Shown here in pieces: positions 48,258-57,045 of a DNA stretch of 57,045 nucleotides. The position numbers and the translations under genes are program-made. Every line of letters starts with the position of its first letter. The stretch's first letter is position 1. This stretch comes from an uncultured Muribaculaceae bacterium (lineage in GTDB: Bacteria > Bacillota_I > Bacilli_A > RF39 > UBA660): positions 1 to 57,045 of the forward strand of contig CAZALI010000005.1 of assembly GCA_964486215.1 (NCBI GenBank), written 5' to 3'. A model generated the notes under the pieces. That model was not told the DNA's origin. It searched no databases and saw only the letters and a program-made list of their open reading frames with translations.

Positions 48258-48551
48258 TTTTTCAACAAATGTTAAATATCATTTAAAATATACTAGTGAT
48301 TTTAAGAAGAGTTATAAGAGAATAAAAAAGCAAGGTAAAGATGTTGAAAAACTTAAAGTTGTGATAAGTAAATTAGCTAATGGTTTAGAATTAGAAGATA
48401 AATACAAAAATCATATGCTTATTGATAGTAAGCATTATAAAATTGTGGAGAATGTCATATAGAGCCAGATTGGTTATTAGTTTATCAATATGTAGACGAT
48501 GAATTAATTTTAGTGCTTGTCGCTACTGGCAGTCATTCAGAATTATTTTAA
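48250..48551 (+). pseudogene. yafQ: YafQ-family toxin, frameshifted
   Basis: Adding one A in the run at 48439-48442 restores ...YKNCGECHIEPDWLLVY...TGSHSELF* ending at 48551. Confidence 0.9.
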
Positions 48552-48660
48552 TAGTGAGAGAAATAATTTGTATTTAATTATTTCTTTTTTTGTTTAATAT
48601 GATTAGTTATGTTTCAAAGTATGATATAATAGTGAAGTAAGTTTTTGAGGAGGAGTTTTT

Positions 48661-49863
48661 ATGAAATATTTATGTGTAAATGCTGGTAGTAGTTCTTTGA
48701 AGTTTCAATTATTTGAAATGCCTGAAGAGAAAGTTATTATTAGTGGGTATATAGAAAAGATAGGACTTGAAGATAGTTTTTGGACTACTAAAATTAATGG
48801 AGAAAAGATACATGGTGAGAAATACTTAAAGAATCATAGTGAAGCAGTACAAGTACTAATAGATGAGTTAATTAAGAATAAAGCTGTTAAATCTTTAGAT
48901 GAGATAGCTGGTGTAGGACATAGAGTTGTGCATGGAGCTGAAAAGTATAAAGATTCTGTTATTATTAATGATGAAGTTATACAAGATATAGTTGATATGA
49001 CTAAGTTTGCTACTCTACATCATCCTGGTAATTTAGCTGGTATTAAAGCTATGAGAGAAGCTTTACCTAATGTACCTATGGTTGCTGTATATGATACTGC
49101 TTTTCATCAGACTATGCCTAAAGTTAATTATATGTATCCAGTTCCTATGGAATGGTATGAAAAACTTGGAGTACGTAAATATGGTTTCCATGGTACTAGT
49201 CATAAGTATATTACTATGAGAATGAAAGAAATACTTGGAAGAGACGATGTTAATCTAATTATTTGTCATATTGGTAGTGGTGCTAGTATTAGTGCGATAA
49301 AGAATGGTAAATGTTATGATACAACTATGGGTCTTACTCCACTAGATGGATTAATGATGGGTACTAGATGTGGTGCTATTGATCCTTCTATTATTGGTTA
49401 TGTTTGCGATGAAACAGGAATTAGTGCTGACGATGCTATAGATATTCTTAATAAGAAGAGTGGTCTTTTAGGTATAAGTGGTCATTCTGATAGTCGTGAT
49501 GTAGAAGCAGCTGCTAAAGAAGGAGACGAAAGAGCTAAACTTGCTCTTGATATGTACGATGATCGTGTTGCTAGATATATTTCTGAGTACTATATGGAGT
49601 TAGAAGGAAAAGTAGATGCACTTGTCTTTACAGCAGGAGTTGGTGAAAACGGAATTGAAGCTCGTGCTAATATCATGAAAAGACTTGCTTGTTTCGGAGT
49701 AAAAGTAGATGATGAGGCTAATAACTCTATTGCTTCATATAAAGATAAAACATCTGGTATTATCTCTAGTAAAGATTCTAAGATAGATGTTTATGTAGAA
49801 CCTACTGATGAAGAATTAATGATTATTAAAGATACATATAGATTATGTAATGAAGAAAAGTAG
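48661..49863 (+). CDS. ackA: Acetate kinase (copy 1)
   Basis: NAGSSSLK, GHRVVHG, DTAFH, YGFHGTSH, MGLTPL, FTAGVGEN, TDEE. Confidence 0.95.
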   Translation: MKYLCVNAGSSSLKFQLFEMPEEKVIISGYIEKIGLEDSFWTTKINGEKIHGEKYLKNHSEAVQVLIDELIKNKAVKSLDEIAGVGHRVVHGAEKYKDSVIINDEVIQDIVDMTKFATLHHPGNLAGIKAMREALPNVPMVAVYDTAFHQTMPKVNYMYPVPMEWYEKLGVRKYGFHGTSHKYITMRMKEILGRDDVNLIICHIGSGASISAIKNGKCYDTTMGLTPLDGLMMGTRCGAIDPSIIGYVCDETGISADDAIDILNKKSGLLGISGHSDSRDVEAAAKEGDERAKLALDMYDDRVARYISEYYMELEGKVDALVFTAGVGENGIEARANIMKRLACFGVKVDDEANNSIASYKDKTSGIISSKDSKIDVYVEPTDEELMIIKDTYRLCNEEK

Positions 49864-49908
49864 ATTAATCTACTTTTTTTTGATATAATTTGTCTGTGGG
49901 TGATGTTT

Positions 49909-51099
49909 ATGAAAATATTAGCTATTAATTCAGGTAGTAGTTCATTAAAATTTAGTTTATTTGATATGGATAATGAGAGTGTAATTGCTAGTGGTATATT
50001 TGAACGTATTGGTTTAGAGTCTGGTAGTTATACTATTAAATATAAAGGTGAAAAAGTAAGAGAAGTTATGCCTATTAGTGATCATAATGAAGCTGTTAGG
50101 TTATTATTTGATAAACTTATTACTTTAAATATAATAGATTCTTTAGATGATATAGATGGTATAGGACATAGAATATTACATGGAAAAGATTTTTATAAAG
50201 AATCAGTTATTATAGATGATGAAGTATTAAATAATTTAAATAAATTAATAGATTTAGGTCCACTTCATATGCATGCGAATATATCTGGTATAGAAGCTTT
50301 TAGAGAAGCTTTACCTAATACACCTAATGTTGGAGTATTTGATACAGCTTTTCATCAAAGTATGGATAAAGCTACTTATATGTATCCAGTACCATATAGT
50401 TGGTATGAAAAGTATGGTATACGTAAGTATGGTTTTCATGGTACTAGTCACAGATATATAGCTAGTGAAGTAGAAAAGATACTTGGTAAAAAAGAATATA
50501 AACTTATTAGTTGTCATATAGGTAGTGGCGCTAGCATATGTGCTATTAAAGATGGTAAGAGTATTGATACTAGTATGGGATTTACTCCTCTAGCTGGTGT
50601 TATGATGGGTACTCGTAGTGGTGATGTTGATCCTTCTATAATACCTTATGTAATGGAAAAAGAAGGAAAGAATGCTAGTGAAATAGTTAATTCTTTGAAT
50701 AAAGATAGTGGTTTAGTTGGATTAAGTGAATATAGTAGTGATATGAGAGATATTCTTTCTAGATGTGATGAGAATGATGAGAAAGCTATTTTAGCTAGGA
50801 CTAAATTTGTTCGTAGAATAGTTGATTATATTGCACAATACTTTGTATTACTTGGTGGATGCGATATAGTAGTCTTTACTGCTGGTATTGGAGAGAATTC
50901 TGTATCTATTAGAAGAGAAGTATGTGAAGCTCTTAATGTACTTGGAGTAAAAATAGATTTAGATGCTAATCAAAAACGTGGAGAACTTGTTAAGATTAGT
51001 ACTGATGAATCTAAGATAGAAGTTTATGTAGTACCAACTGATGAAGAGTTAATGATTGCTCGAGATACATTAAATTTAATTAGAAATGGAAATAATTAA
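49909..51099 (+). CDS. ackA: Acetate kinase (copy 2)
   Basis: NSGSSSLK, GHRILHG, DTAFH, YGFHGTSH, MGFTPL, FTAGIGEN, TDEE. Confidence 0.95.
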   Translation: MKILAINSGSSSLKFSLFDMDNESVIASGIFERIGLESGSYTIKYKGEKVREVMPISDHNEAVRLLFDKLITLNIIDSLDDIDGIGHRILHGKDFYKESVIIDDEVLNNLNKLIDLGPLHMHANISGIEAFREALPNTPNVGVFDTAFHQSMDKATYMYPVPYSWYEKYGIRKYGFHGTSHRYIASEVEKILGKKEYKLISCHIGSGASICAIKDGKSIDTSMGFTPLAGVMMGTRSGDVDPSIIPYVMEKEGKNASEIVNSLNKDSGLVGLSEYSSDMRDILSRCDENDEKAILARTKFVRRIVDYIAQYFVLLGGCDIVVFTAGIGENSVSIRREVCEALNVLGVKIDLDANQKRGELVKISTDESKIEVYVVPTDEELMIARDTLNLIRNGNN

Positions 51100-52045
51100 G
51101 ATGTTTGAAAAGATATATAATGAAATTAAAAAATATAAAAATATTATAATAGTTAGACATATTGGAGTAGATCCTGATGCTTTATGTAGTCAACTTGCTT
51201 TAAGAGATTCTATTAGACTTACTTTTCCAGATAAGAAAGTAATAGCTATTGGTTCAGGATCTAAGAAATTTGCATCTATTGGTAGTCTAGATAAGAATGA
51301 GTCTCTTGATGATGCTTTATTAATAGTACTAGATACTCCTAATAAAAGAAGAGTAGATGGGGTTACTGTTGATAACTATGATAATGTTATTAAGATAGAT
51401 CATCATCCATTTATAGAGAAAATGGGAGAGATTGAATATATAGATGAGAAGGTTACTAGTACTTGTGAGATTATTATGCAGATGCTTGATAATGTAGATC
51501 TTCGTTGTAATAAAGAGATAGCTGAATACTTATATATGGGTCTTGCTAGTGATTCTAATAGATTCTTATTTAATACTTGTACTCCTGCTACTTTTAAATT
51601 AGTTAGTGAATATATGGATAAATATGATTTTAATTTAGAAGAATTATATCCTAAGATTTATATGCGTGATATTAATGAATTAAGACTACAAGGATATATT
51701 GCCTTAAATATGAAAGTTACTGATAATGGACTTGCTTATATAGTAATAGATAATGATTTGCAAGTTAAATATCATGTAGATAGTGCTGCTGCTGGTAATA
51801 TGATTAATAATTTTAATTATATTGAGAATGTACCAATATGGGCTACAGTAACAGAAGATACTCATAATAAAGTATTTAGAATATCTGTTAGATCTCGTGG
51901 TATAGTAGTTAATGAATTATGTGAAAAGTATAATGGGGGAGGGCATGCGCATGCTAGTGGAGCTCGTGTTAAGACGTTAGACGAAGCTATGTCCTTTATA
52001 CATGATTTAGATAAATTATTGGAGGATATTAAAAATGGTAATTAA
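51086..52045 (+). CDS. nrnA: DHH/DHHA1 phosphoesterase (NrnA-like nanoRNase/pAp phosphatase)
   Basis: HxxxDPD, LDT, IDHH, SVRSR, GGGHAHASG; the start may be 51101. Confidence 0.9.
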   Translation: MEIIKMFEKIYNEIKKYKNIIIVRHIGVDPDALCSQLALRDSIRLTFPDKKVIAIGSGSKKFASIGSLDKNESLDDALLIVLDTPNKRRVDGVTVDNYDNVIKIDHHPFIEKMGEIEYIDEKVTSTCEIIMQMLDNVDLRCNKEIAEYLYMGLASDSNRFLFNTCTPATFKLVSEYMDKYDFNLEELYPKIYMRDINELRLQGYIALNMKVTDNGLAYIVIDNDLQVKYHVDSAAAGNMINNFNYIENVPIWATVTEDTHNKVFRISVRSRGIVVNELCEKYNGGGHAHASGARVKTLDEAMSFIHDLDKLLEDIKNGN

Positions 52046-52616
52046 AGAAGCTAATTTGGATGTTATTGCGACAAGACGTAGTCAATATCCAGTAGATCAT
52101 AAGCCAGAGTTTTTACTTGTTGGTAGAAGTAATGTTGGTAAAAGCAGTTTTATTAATACTATTTTAGGTAGAAAGAATTTAGCTTATACTTCTACTAAAC
52201 CTGGTAAGACACAAACACTAAATTTCTATGGAATTAATAATGAATTTTATTTTATAGATGTTCCTGGATATGGATATGCAATTACTTCTAAGGAAAATAG
52301 ACATAAATTTGGAATGATGATAGAAGAATATTTAGAAACTAGAGAAGAGTTAAAGAGAGTATTTATGTTAATAGATTTTAGACATAAACCTACTGAGGAT
52401 GATTTACTTATGTATAACTTTTTAAAGTACTATAATGTTCCTGTTACTATTGTTGCGACTAAAGCTGATAAAGTAGGTGGAAGTAAAAAGCAGAAATGTT
52501 TAGATACTATTCTTAATACTTTGGATTTAGTAGTAGGTGATGATTTAATAGTATTTTCTAGTGTTACTAAATTAGGTGTTAAAGAAGTAATTAGAAAAAT
52601 TGAGGAATTAATTTGA
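52035..52616 (+). CDS. engB: GTPase YsxC/YihA
   Basis: GRSNVGKSS, KPGKTQ, DVPGYGYA, TKADK. Confidence 0.97.
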   Translation: MVIKEANLDVIATRRSQYPVDHKPEFLLVGRSNVGKSSFINTILGRKNLAYTSTKPGKTQTLNFYGINNEFYFIDVPGYGYAITSKENRHKFGMMIEEYLETREELKRVFMLIDFRHKPTEDDLLMYNFLKYYNVPVTIVATKADKVGGSKKQKCLDTILNTLDLVVGDDLIVFSSVTKLGVKEVIRKIEELI

Positions 52617-53311
52617 TGAGTAAAAAGACTAAATTGATTTATGAAATAATTATTATACTTATTTGTATTGGTATAGTATTTTGTTTGTTACAAATAAGAA
52701 AAAACGTACAAACTACTAAATTAAAAAAAGAAATACATGAAGTTGCGAATAAAGATTTAGGTAGTTATAAGTTTGACGGAGAAGTTAAGTGTTCTGGTGG
52801 ATATGGCAAAGTAGAAGAGTCTATAAAAGTATTTTTGAGTAACTATGCTAAAGATATGAATGATGTTAATAACATTATGAGTGATAAGAAAATACTTAAT
52901 ATACTATCTATTGATAACTATAAGAAAGATGCTCCTGAGTTTAAAACTTCTTTAGATTATCTAGATAAAAAAGAAAAAGAATATATTGATAAGATTAATA
53001 ATTTAATTAAATCTAGTGATGAAGAATATATTAATAATTATATATATAAAAATATTAAAGATAGAAGATATATAAAGTTATATAGAAGTATTATAAAAAA
53101 AGAAAGTATCTCACAGAAACTTTCTATTTATAAAGATTCTTTAATTAATCATAAAGAAAAAGTTAGTACGATATTTTCTAATTCTAAAGCTATTATTAAA
53201 TTATTAAGAGATAATAAAGGTAAATGGAAGATTGATGGTAAACAGATTAAATTTGCGAATAGTGATTTGCTTAATAAGTATAATGAAGCTTTAAAAAATA
53301 TTAATAAATAA
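52613..53311 (+). CDS. Hypothetical single-TM protein
   Basis: N-terminal TM segment and helical body; overlaps the engB stop. Confidence 0.75.
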   Translation: MMSKKTKLIYEIIIILICIGIVFCLLQIRKNVQTTKLKKEIHEVANKDLGSYKFDGEVKCSGGYGKVEESIKVFLSNYAKDMNDVNNIMSDKKILNILSIDNYKKDAPEFKTSLDYLDKKEKEYIDKINNLIKSSDEEYINNYIYKNIKDRRYIKLYRSIIKKESISQKLSIYKDSLINHKEKVSTIFSNSKAIIKLLRDNKGKWKIDGKQIKFANSDLLNKYNEALKNINK

Positions 53312-53334
53312 AAGAAGCATTAGCTTCTTTTATT
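53307..53334. terminator. Bidirectional terminator
   Basis: AATAAAAGAAGC-atta-GCTTCTTTTATT. Confidence 0.78.
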
Positions 53335-53602
53335 CTTTGTTTCTTAATTTGTTTAGTTTTTGACATTCTCTGTTGAAATCTTCTAGAGAGATAAGGCCAT
53401 TCTCTAGTCTACTATTTAACATAGCTAGAGTTTTATCATACATACTCTTTTTATTACTGGCATCTGTATATTCTAGAGAATTTGGATCATCTCTAAATGG
53501 ATTAATATTAGAGTTTTCTAATATACTATTATTATTTTTAATATCTTCCATTTTATTTTGGAAGTTATTTTTTTGATTATTAAAATTATTTCCTATAATC
53601 AT
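53330..53602 (-). CDS. Small hypothetical protein with a SHOCT-like C-terminus, coupled to der
   Basis: LNSRLENGLISLEDFNRECQKL; ATGA overlap with the der stop. Confidence 0.65.
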   Translation of the reverse strand: MIIGNNFNNQKNNFQNKMEDIKNNNSILENSNINPFRDDPNSLEYTDASNKKSMYDKTLAMLNSRLENGLISLEDFNRECQKLNKLRNKE

Positions 53603-54903
53603 TCTTCTTTACCTCTATTTTTCCATTGTATTATTATGGGAGTTCCTTCTAAATTGAAATTCTTTCTCAATGTATTTTCTATATATCTTTCATATGAGAA
53701 ATGTACTAAGCCTTTATCATTAACTCTGAAAGTAAACTTAGGTGGTTTAATACCTGTTTGACTTACAAAGTAGATTCTTAATCTTTTACCTTTATATGAT
53801 GGAGCTTCATTTAACATTTGAGCTTCACCTATAACATTATTTAATAAACTAGTAGGTATTTCTTTAGTAATAGATTCTTCTACTTTTTCTACTTCAGGCA
53901 TTAGAGTAGATATTCTTTTTTTTGTTAGAGCAGATAATATTACGATAGGTGAATATGTAGCAAACTGAAATTCATTTCTAATTAGTTTTTTGTATTCAGA
54001 AATATCTTTATCTACTTTATCCCATTTATTTACTACTATTATTAATCCTTTACCAGCTTCTATAGCATATCCAGCTATATGCTTATCATGTTCTTTTATA
54101 TCTTCTTCAGCATTTATTACTAAGAGACATATATCTGATCTTTCGATAGCTTTCATAGATCTAAATAGAGAATACTTTTCTACATTCTCATAGACTTTGC
54201 CTTTTTTTCTCATACCAGCTGTATCTATTAATATATAGTCTTTGTTCATATATTTAAAGTTTGTATCTACTGAGTCTCTTGTGGTACCTGCTATATCTGA
54301 TACAACCATTCTATCTTCATTTAATAAGGCATTTACTAGAGAAGACTTACCAACATTAGGTCTTCCTATGACAGATATTTTAGTTCTAGTATCTTCCTCT
54401 TCTTCTTTTTCTTTGAAGTCACGTGTTACTTCATCCATCAGTTCTATAAAACCATTATTGTGAATACTACTGATTGGTATATAATAATCAAATCCTAATT
54501 CATAGAAATCATAGATATTATCATTTGTTTTTTTAGAATCATTTTTGTTTATAGCGACAACTACTTTTTTATTGTATTTTCTTAGAGTATCTCTTACTAA
54601 TAGATCATTCGCTGTGATACCTTCTTTTCCATCTACCATAAAGATGATTACATCTGCTTCATTGATAGCTAGTTCTGCTTGCATCTTTATTTCATCATTA
54701 AAGGCCATTTTAGTTGAATCTATACCACCTGTATCAATAAGATAAAATAATTTATTATTATAATTTGCTTTTTCATAGATACGATCTCTTGTTACGCCAG
54801 GAGTATCTTCAATAATAGATACTTTTTTACCAACTATTTTGTTGAATAAAGTACTTTTTCCAACATTAGGTCGACCTAGAATGGCTACTGTAGGTAAATT
54901 CAT
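53599..54903 (-). CDS. der: Ribosome biogenesis GTPase Der
   Basis: Two GRPNVGKS domains, DTGG/DTAG and a KH-like C-terminus. Confidence 0.98.
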   Translation of the reverse strand: MNLPTVAILGRPNVGKSTLFNKIVGKKVSIIEDTPGVTRDRIYEKANYNNKLFYLIDTGGIDSTKMAFNDEIKMQAELAINEADVIIFMVDGKEGITANDLLVRDTLRKYNKKVVVAINKNDSKKTNDNIYDFYELGFDYYIPISSIHNNGFIELMDEVTRDFKEKEEEEDTRTKISVIGRPNVGKSSLVNALLNEDRMVVSDIAGTTRDSVDTNFKYMNKDYILIDTAGMRKKGKVYENVEKYSLFRSMKAIERSDICLLVINAEEDIKEHDKHIAGYAIEAGKGLIIVVNKWDKVDKDISEYKKLIRNEFQFATYSPIVILSALTKKRISTLMPEVEKVEESITKEIPTSLLNNVIGEAQMLNEAPSYKGKRLRIYFVSQTGIKPPKFTFRVNDKGLVHFSYERYIENTLRKNFNLEGTPIIIQWKNRGKEE

Positions 54904-55020
54904 AATCATCACCTGTTTCTTTCCTTATTATATCATATATAGTGTAAATTATTGGAATATAATCTTTTTTATATTTAATATTAGACATACAAGTGATATA
55001 CTTAAGGTGGGTGATGATGT

Positions 55021-55881
55021 GTGAATTTAGAAGATAAGAAAAAAGAAATTTCTTGGTATGATAATCCTAATATGCTTACTACTTTGATTATTTTAGTATT
55101 ATGTTTAATACTAGTATGTAGTCAATCTTTAGGTATTGGTAGTCAATTAACTGGATGGGAATTATTTAGAAATGTTATTAATCTTAATACTACTTATGTA
55201 TTAGTACTTATATATTTCTTATTACTTAAATTGAAGGTTGGTAAAAGATATTTTAATTTCTTAAACTTAGTATTACTATTACTATATTCTATTACTACTA
55301 TTACTTCATTTTTATCAATATTCCAATCATTTAATATTACTTCTCTTGTAATGTTAATAATTAATTTAATAATGGTTATACAAATATTTCATTCATTCTT
55401 AAGAGATACTAGATTTTGGAGAGAATTTGGATTAGAAAAGAGTCCATTTAATGAAATACATAATGATATTTATTTTTATGCTATATCAGTATTAGCTGTT
55501 TTATATTTAGCTATTAATTTAATATTTACTGATGAGTTTAATGGAGTAGTTATTACATTATTTGTATCTATGTATTATATTCTATTTAGTAGATTTGTAA
55601 TGTTATATAGTGATTATTTAGATGAACATGGTATAGATAGTAATAATAGTGGTAATTTTGATACTATAAAAGAAAAAGTTAGTCAAAAGGTTAATAGTGA
55701 AGCTGTTTCAGATAAGATTGATGATATTACTCGTCAATTAAATGATCTACAAGATAAGGTACGTGAATATACTTCTACTATTCCTGTTGAAGAAATAAAG
55801 AAAGCTGATAAAGCTACTAAGAAAAAGACTACTAAAAAGACAACAACTAAGAAATCTACTAAGAAGGCAGGTGATAAATAA
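55021..55881 (+). CDS. Hypothetical polytopic membrane protein with a K/T-rich tail
   Basis: About 6 TM segments; C-terminus KATKKKTTKKTTTKKSTKK. Confidence 0.8.
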   Translation: MNLEDKKKEISWYDNPNMLTTLIILVLCLILVCSQSLGIGSQLTGWELFRNVINLNTTYVLVLIYFLLLKLKVGKRYFNFLNLVLLLLYSITTITSFLSIFQSFNITSLVMLIINLIMVIQIFHSFLRDTRFWREFGLEKSPFNEIHNDIYFYAISVLAVLYLAINLIFTDEFNGVVITLFVSMYYILFSRFVMLYSDYLDEHGIDSNNSGNFDTIKEKVSQKVNSEAVSDKIDDITRQLNDLQDKVREYTSTIPVEEIKKADKATKKKTTKKTTTKKSTKKAGDK

Positions 55882-56216
55882 TGAATATGTTTGATGAAAT
55901 AACTAAAGAGAAGAGAGACTTGCCTAAGATAAATTCTATTACTAAAGAGGTTAATAAATACGAATACAATTTCTATCAGAAATTTGGAGTAGTAATCTTT
56001 TTAATAGCTTTTGTAGTTGGTATATTACTTGGTAATTTGTTCTCTACTTGTGGAGCTACTAGTAGTTTTTATAGTACTCAGTGTGTCACTAGACAATTCA
56101 ATTTTTCACTACTTCTTGCGATATGGTTTAGTGGCCTTATGGTTGGTTTATTCTTCTTTGCTTTAGGACATATTATTTATTTGTTAGAAGAAATAAGTGT
56201 AAAGTTAAAAAAATAG
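55881..56216 (+). CDS. Small hypothetical protein with two TM segments
   Basis: Two hydrophobic helices flanking a loop with a Cys pair; TAATG overlap. Confidence 0.75.
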   Translation: MNMFDEITKEKRDLPKINSITKEVNKYEYNFYQKFGVVIFLIAFVVGILLGNLFSTCGATSSFYSTQCVTRQFNFSLLLAIWFSGLMVGLFFFALGHIIYLLEEISVKLKK

Positions 56217-56320
56217 TGTAATTATTGGTAAAATATGGACAAATTTGTTGAATTTTAAATATATTTATGTTACATTTTAATTGTAAGCATGTGTGTGCTT
56301 AACATGGGAGGTAAAAAATT

Positions 56321-56593
56321 ATGAAAAAAGTTGAATTAGTTGAAGCAGTTGCTAAAAAAGCTGGATTAACTAAGACTGATGCTACTAAAGCAGTAGATGC
56401 TACTTTTGCAGCAATCACTGGAGCACTTAAAAAGGGAGACAAAGTTCCTCTAGTTGGATTTGGAACTTTCGCAGTTACTAAGAGAGCTGCTCGTGATGGT
56501 AGAAATCCAAGAACTGGTGAAGTTGTTAAGATTCCTGCAAGAAAAGCAGTTACTTTTAAAGCTGGTAGTGCATTAAAAGATTCAGTTAACTAA
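56321..56593 (+). CDS. hup: DNA-binding protein HU
   Basis: GFGTF..RAARDGRNPRTG..FKAG. Confidence 0.98.
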   Translation: MKKVELVEAVAKKAGLTKTDATKAVDATFAAITGALKKGDKVPLVGFGTFAVTKRAARDGRNPRTGEVVKIPARKAVTFKAGSALKDSVN

Positions 56594-56594
56594 T

Positions 56595-56614
56595 AAAAGC
56601 CTTCGGGCTTTTTT
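56595..56614 (+). terminator. hup terminator
   Basis: AAAAGCC-TTCG-GGCTTTTTT. Confidence 0.85.
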
Positions 56615-56672
56615 ATTGTGGACTTGGATATTATAATTTGTTACAATATAGATGCATTATGAGGTGAAGTGT

Positions 56673-57045
56673 ATGTATGATATTGCGTTAGAATTACTTA
56701 GAAAACTTACTGATGCTAATTTTGAAGCTTATATAATAGGTGGATTTGTTAGAGACTATTTATTAGATTTGCATTCTAATGATATAGATGTTACTACTAA
56801 TGCTACACCTAAAGAGATAATAGATATATTTAAGAGTGATTTTAAACCTAAGATAGATTATGGATCAGTTAAACTTATATATCGTGGTATTAGATTTGAA
56901 ATTACTACTTATAGAAGAGAAATAGGCTCTAGTGATAATAGACATCCTGATAGTATTGAATATATTGATAGTTTAGAAGAAGATTTAAAGAGAAGAGATT
57001 TTACTATTAATACTATTTGTATGGATAAAGATGGTAATATTATTG
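56673..57045 (+). CDS. cca: CCA-adding tRNA nucleotidyltransferase, partial (runs off the window)
   Basis: Manual translation MYDIALELL..AYIIGGFVRD..DIDVTT..FEITTYR..EDLKRRDFTIN; absent from the ORF track. Confidence 0.93.
   Translation, partial: MYDIALELLRKLTDANFEAYIIGGFVRDYLLDLHSNDIDVTTNATPKEIIDIFKSDFKPKIDYGSVKLIYRGIRFEITTYRREIGSSDNRHPDSIEYIDSLEEDLKRRDFTINTICMDKDGNII

Noticed and set aside
320-55024. Short antisense or nested ORFs in the track (for example 320-526, 3648-3854, 4197-4451, 10450-10737, 33042-33362, 53373-54745)
   Set aside because: They lie opposite well-supported genes and show no RBS or motif; they are shadow ORFs.
1-57045. Genetic code 4 (UGA = Trp), suggested by the AT richness and Mollicute-like tag
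   Set aside because: Conserved genes are full length in code 11, Trp is encoded by TGG, and TGA occurs at true gene ends, mostly in ATGA overlaps.
1-57045. CRISPR array or cas genes
   Set aside because: No repeat-spacer periodicity and no Cas-like ORF was seen.

Overview
A very AT-rich, gene-dense chromosomal segment (standard code 11) from a reduced-genome Bacilli-type firmicute. Peptidoglycan and sortase genes combined with a Mollicute-like tmRNA tag suggest an RF39/UBA660-like lineage (inference). It carries tmRNA, an arginine deiminase operon, a polar amino-acid ABC importer, cdaA-cdaR, a sortase with a thioester adhesin, leuS and tyrS with T-box leaders, two FemABX-family genes, and a condensed Bacillus-like core block (trmB, ytxG/H, tyrS, rpsD, ezrA, thiI, two ackA, nrnA, engB, der, hup, partial cca). 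Stand-alone accessory genes are interspersed: a PBECR4-like putative RNase next to ssrA, an RNase R-family gene, a HEXXH peptidase, a Fic protein and a DinJ/YafQ pair with a frameshifted toxin. I saw no CRISPR array, prophage or IS element. Main observations: (i) both T-boxes lack the canonical terminator and instead appear to terminate by capturing the 5' strand of the T-box; (ii) the sortase has Gln at the catalytic Arg position and its substrate has a VPNTK motif; (iii) the GH31 protein lacks its acid/base Asp; (iv) an SftA-like protein has no motor domain; (v) several toxin/effector-like singletons have no partner gene. All calls rest on motifs and base-pairing read by eye; no searches or folding computations were run.
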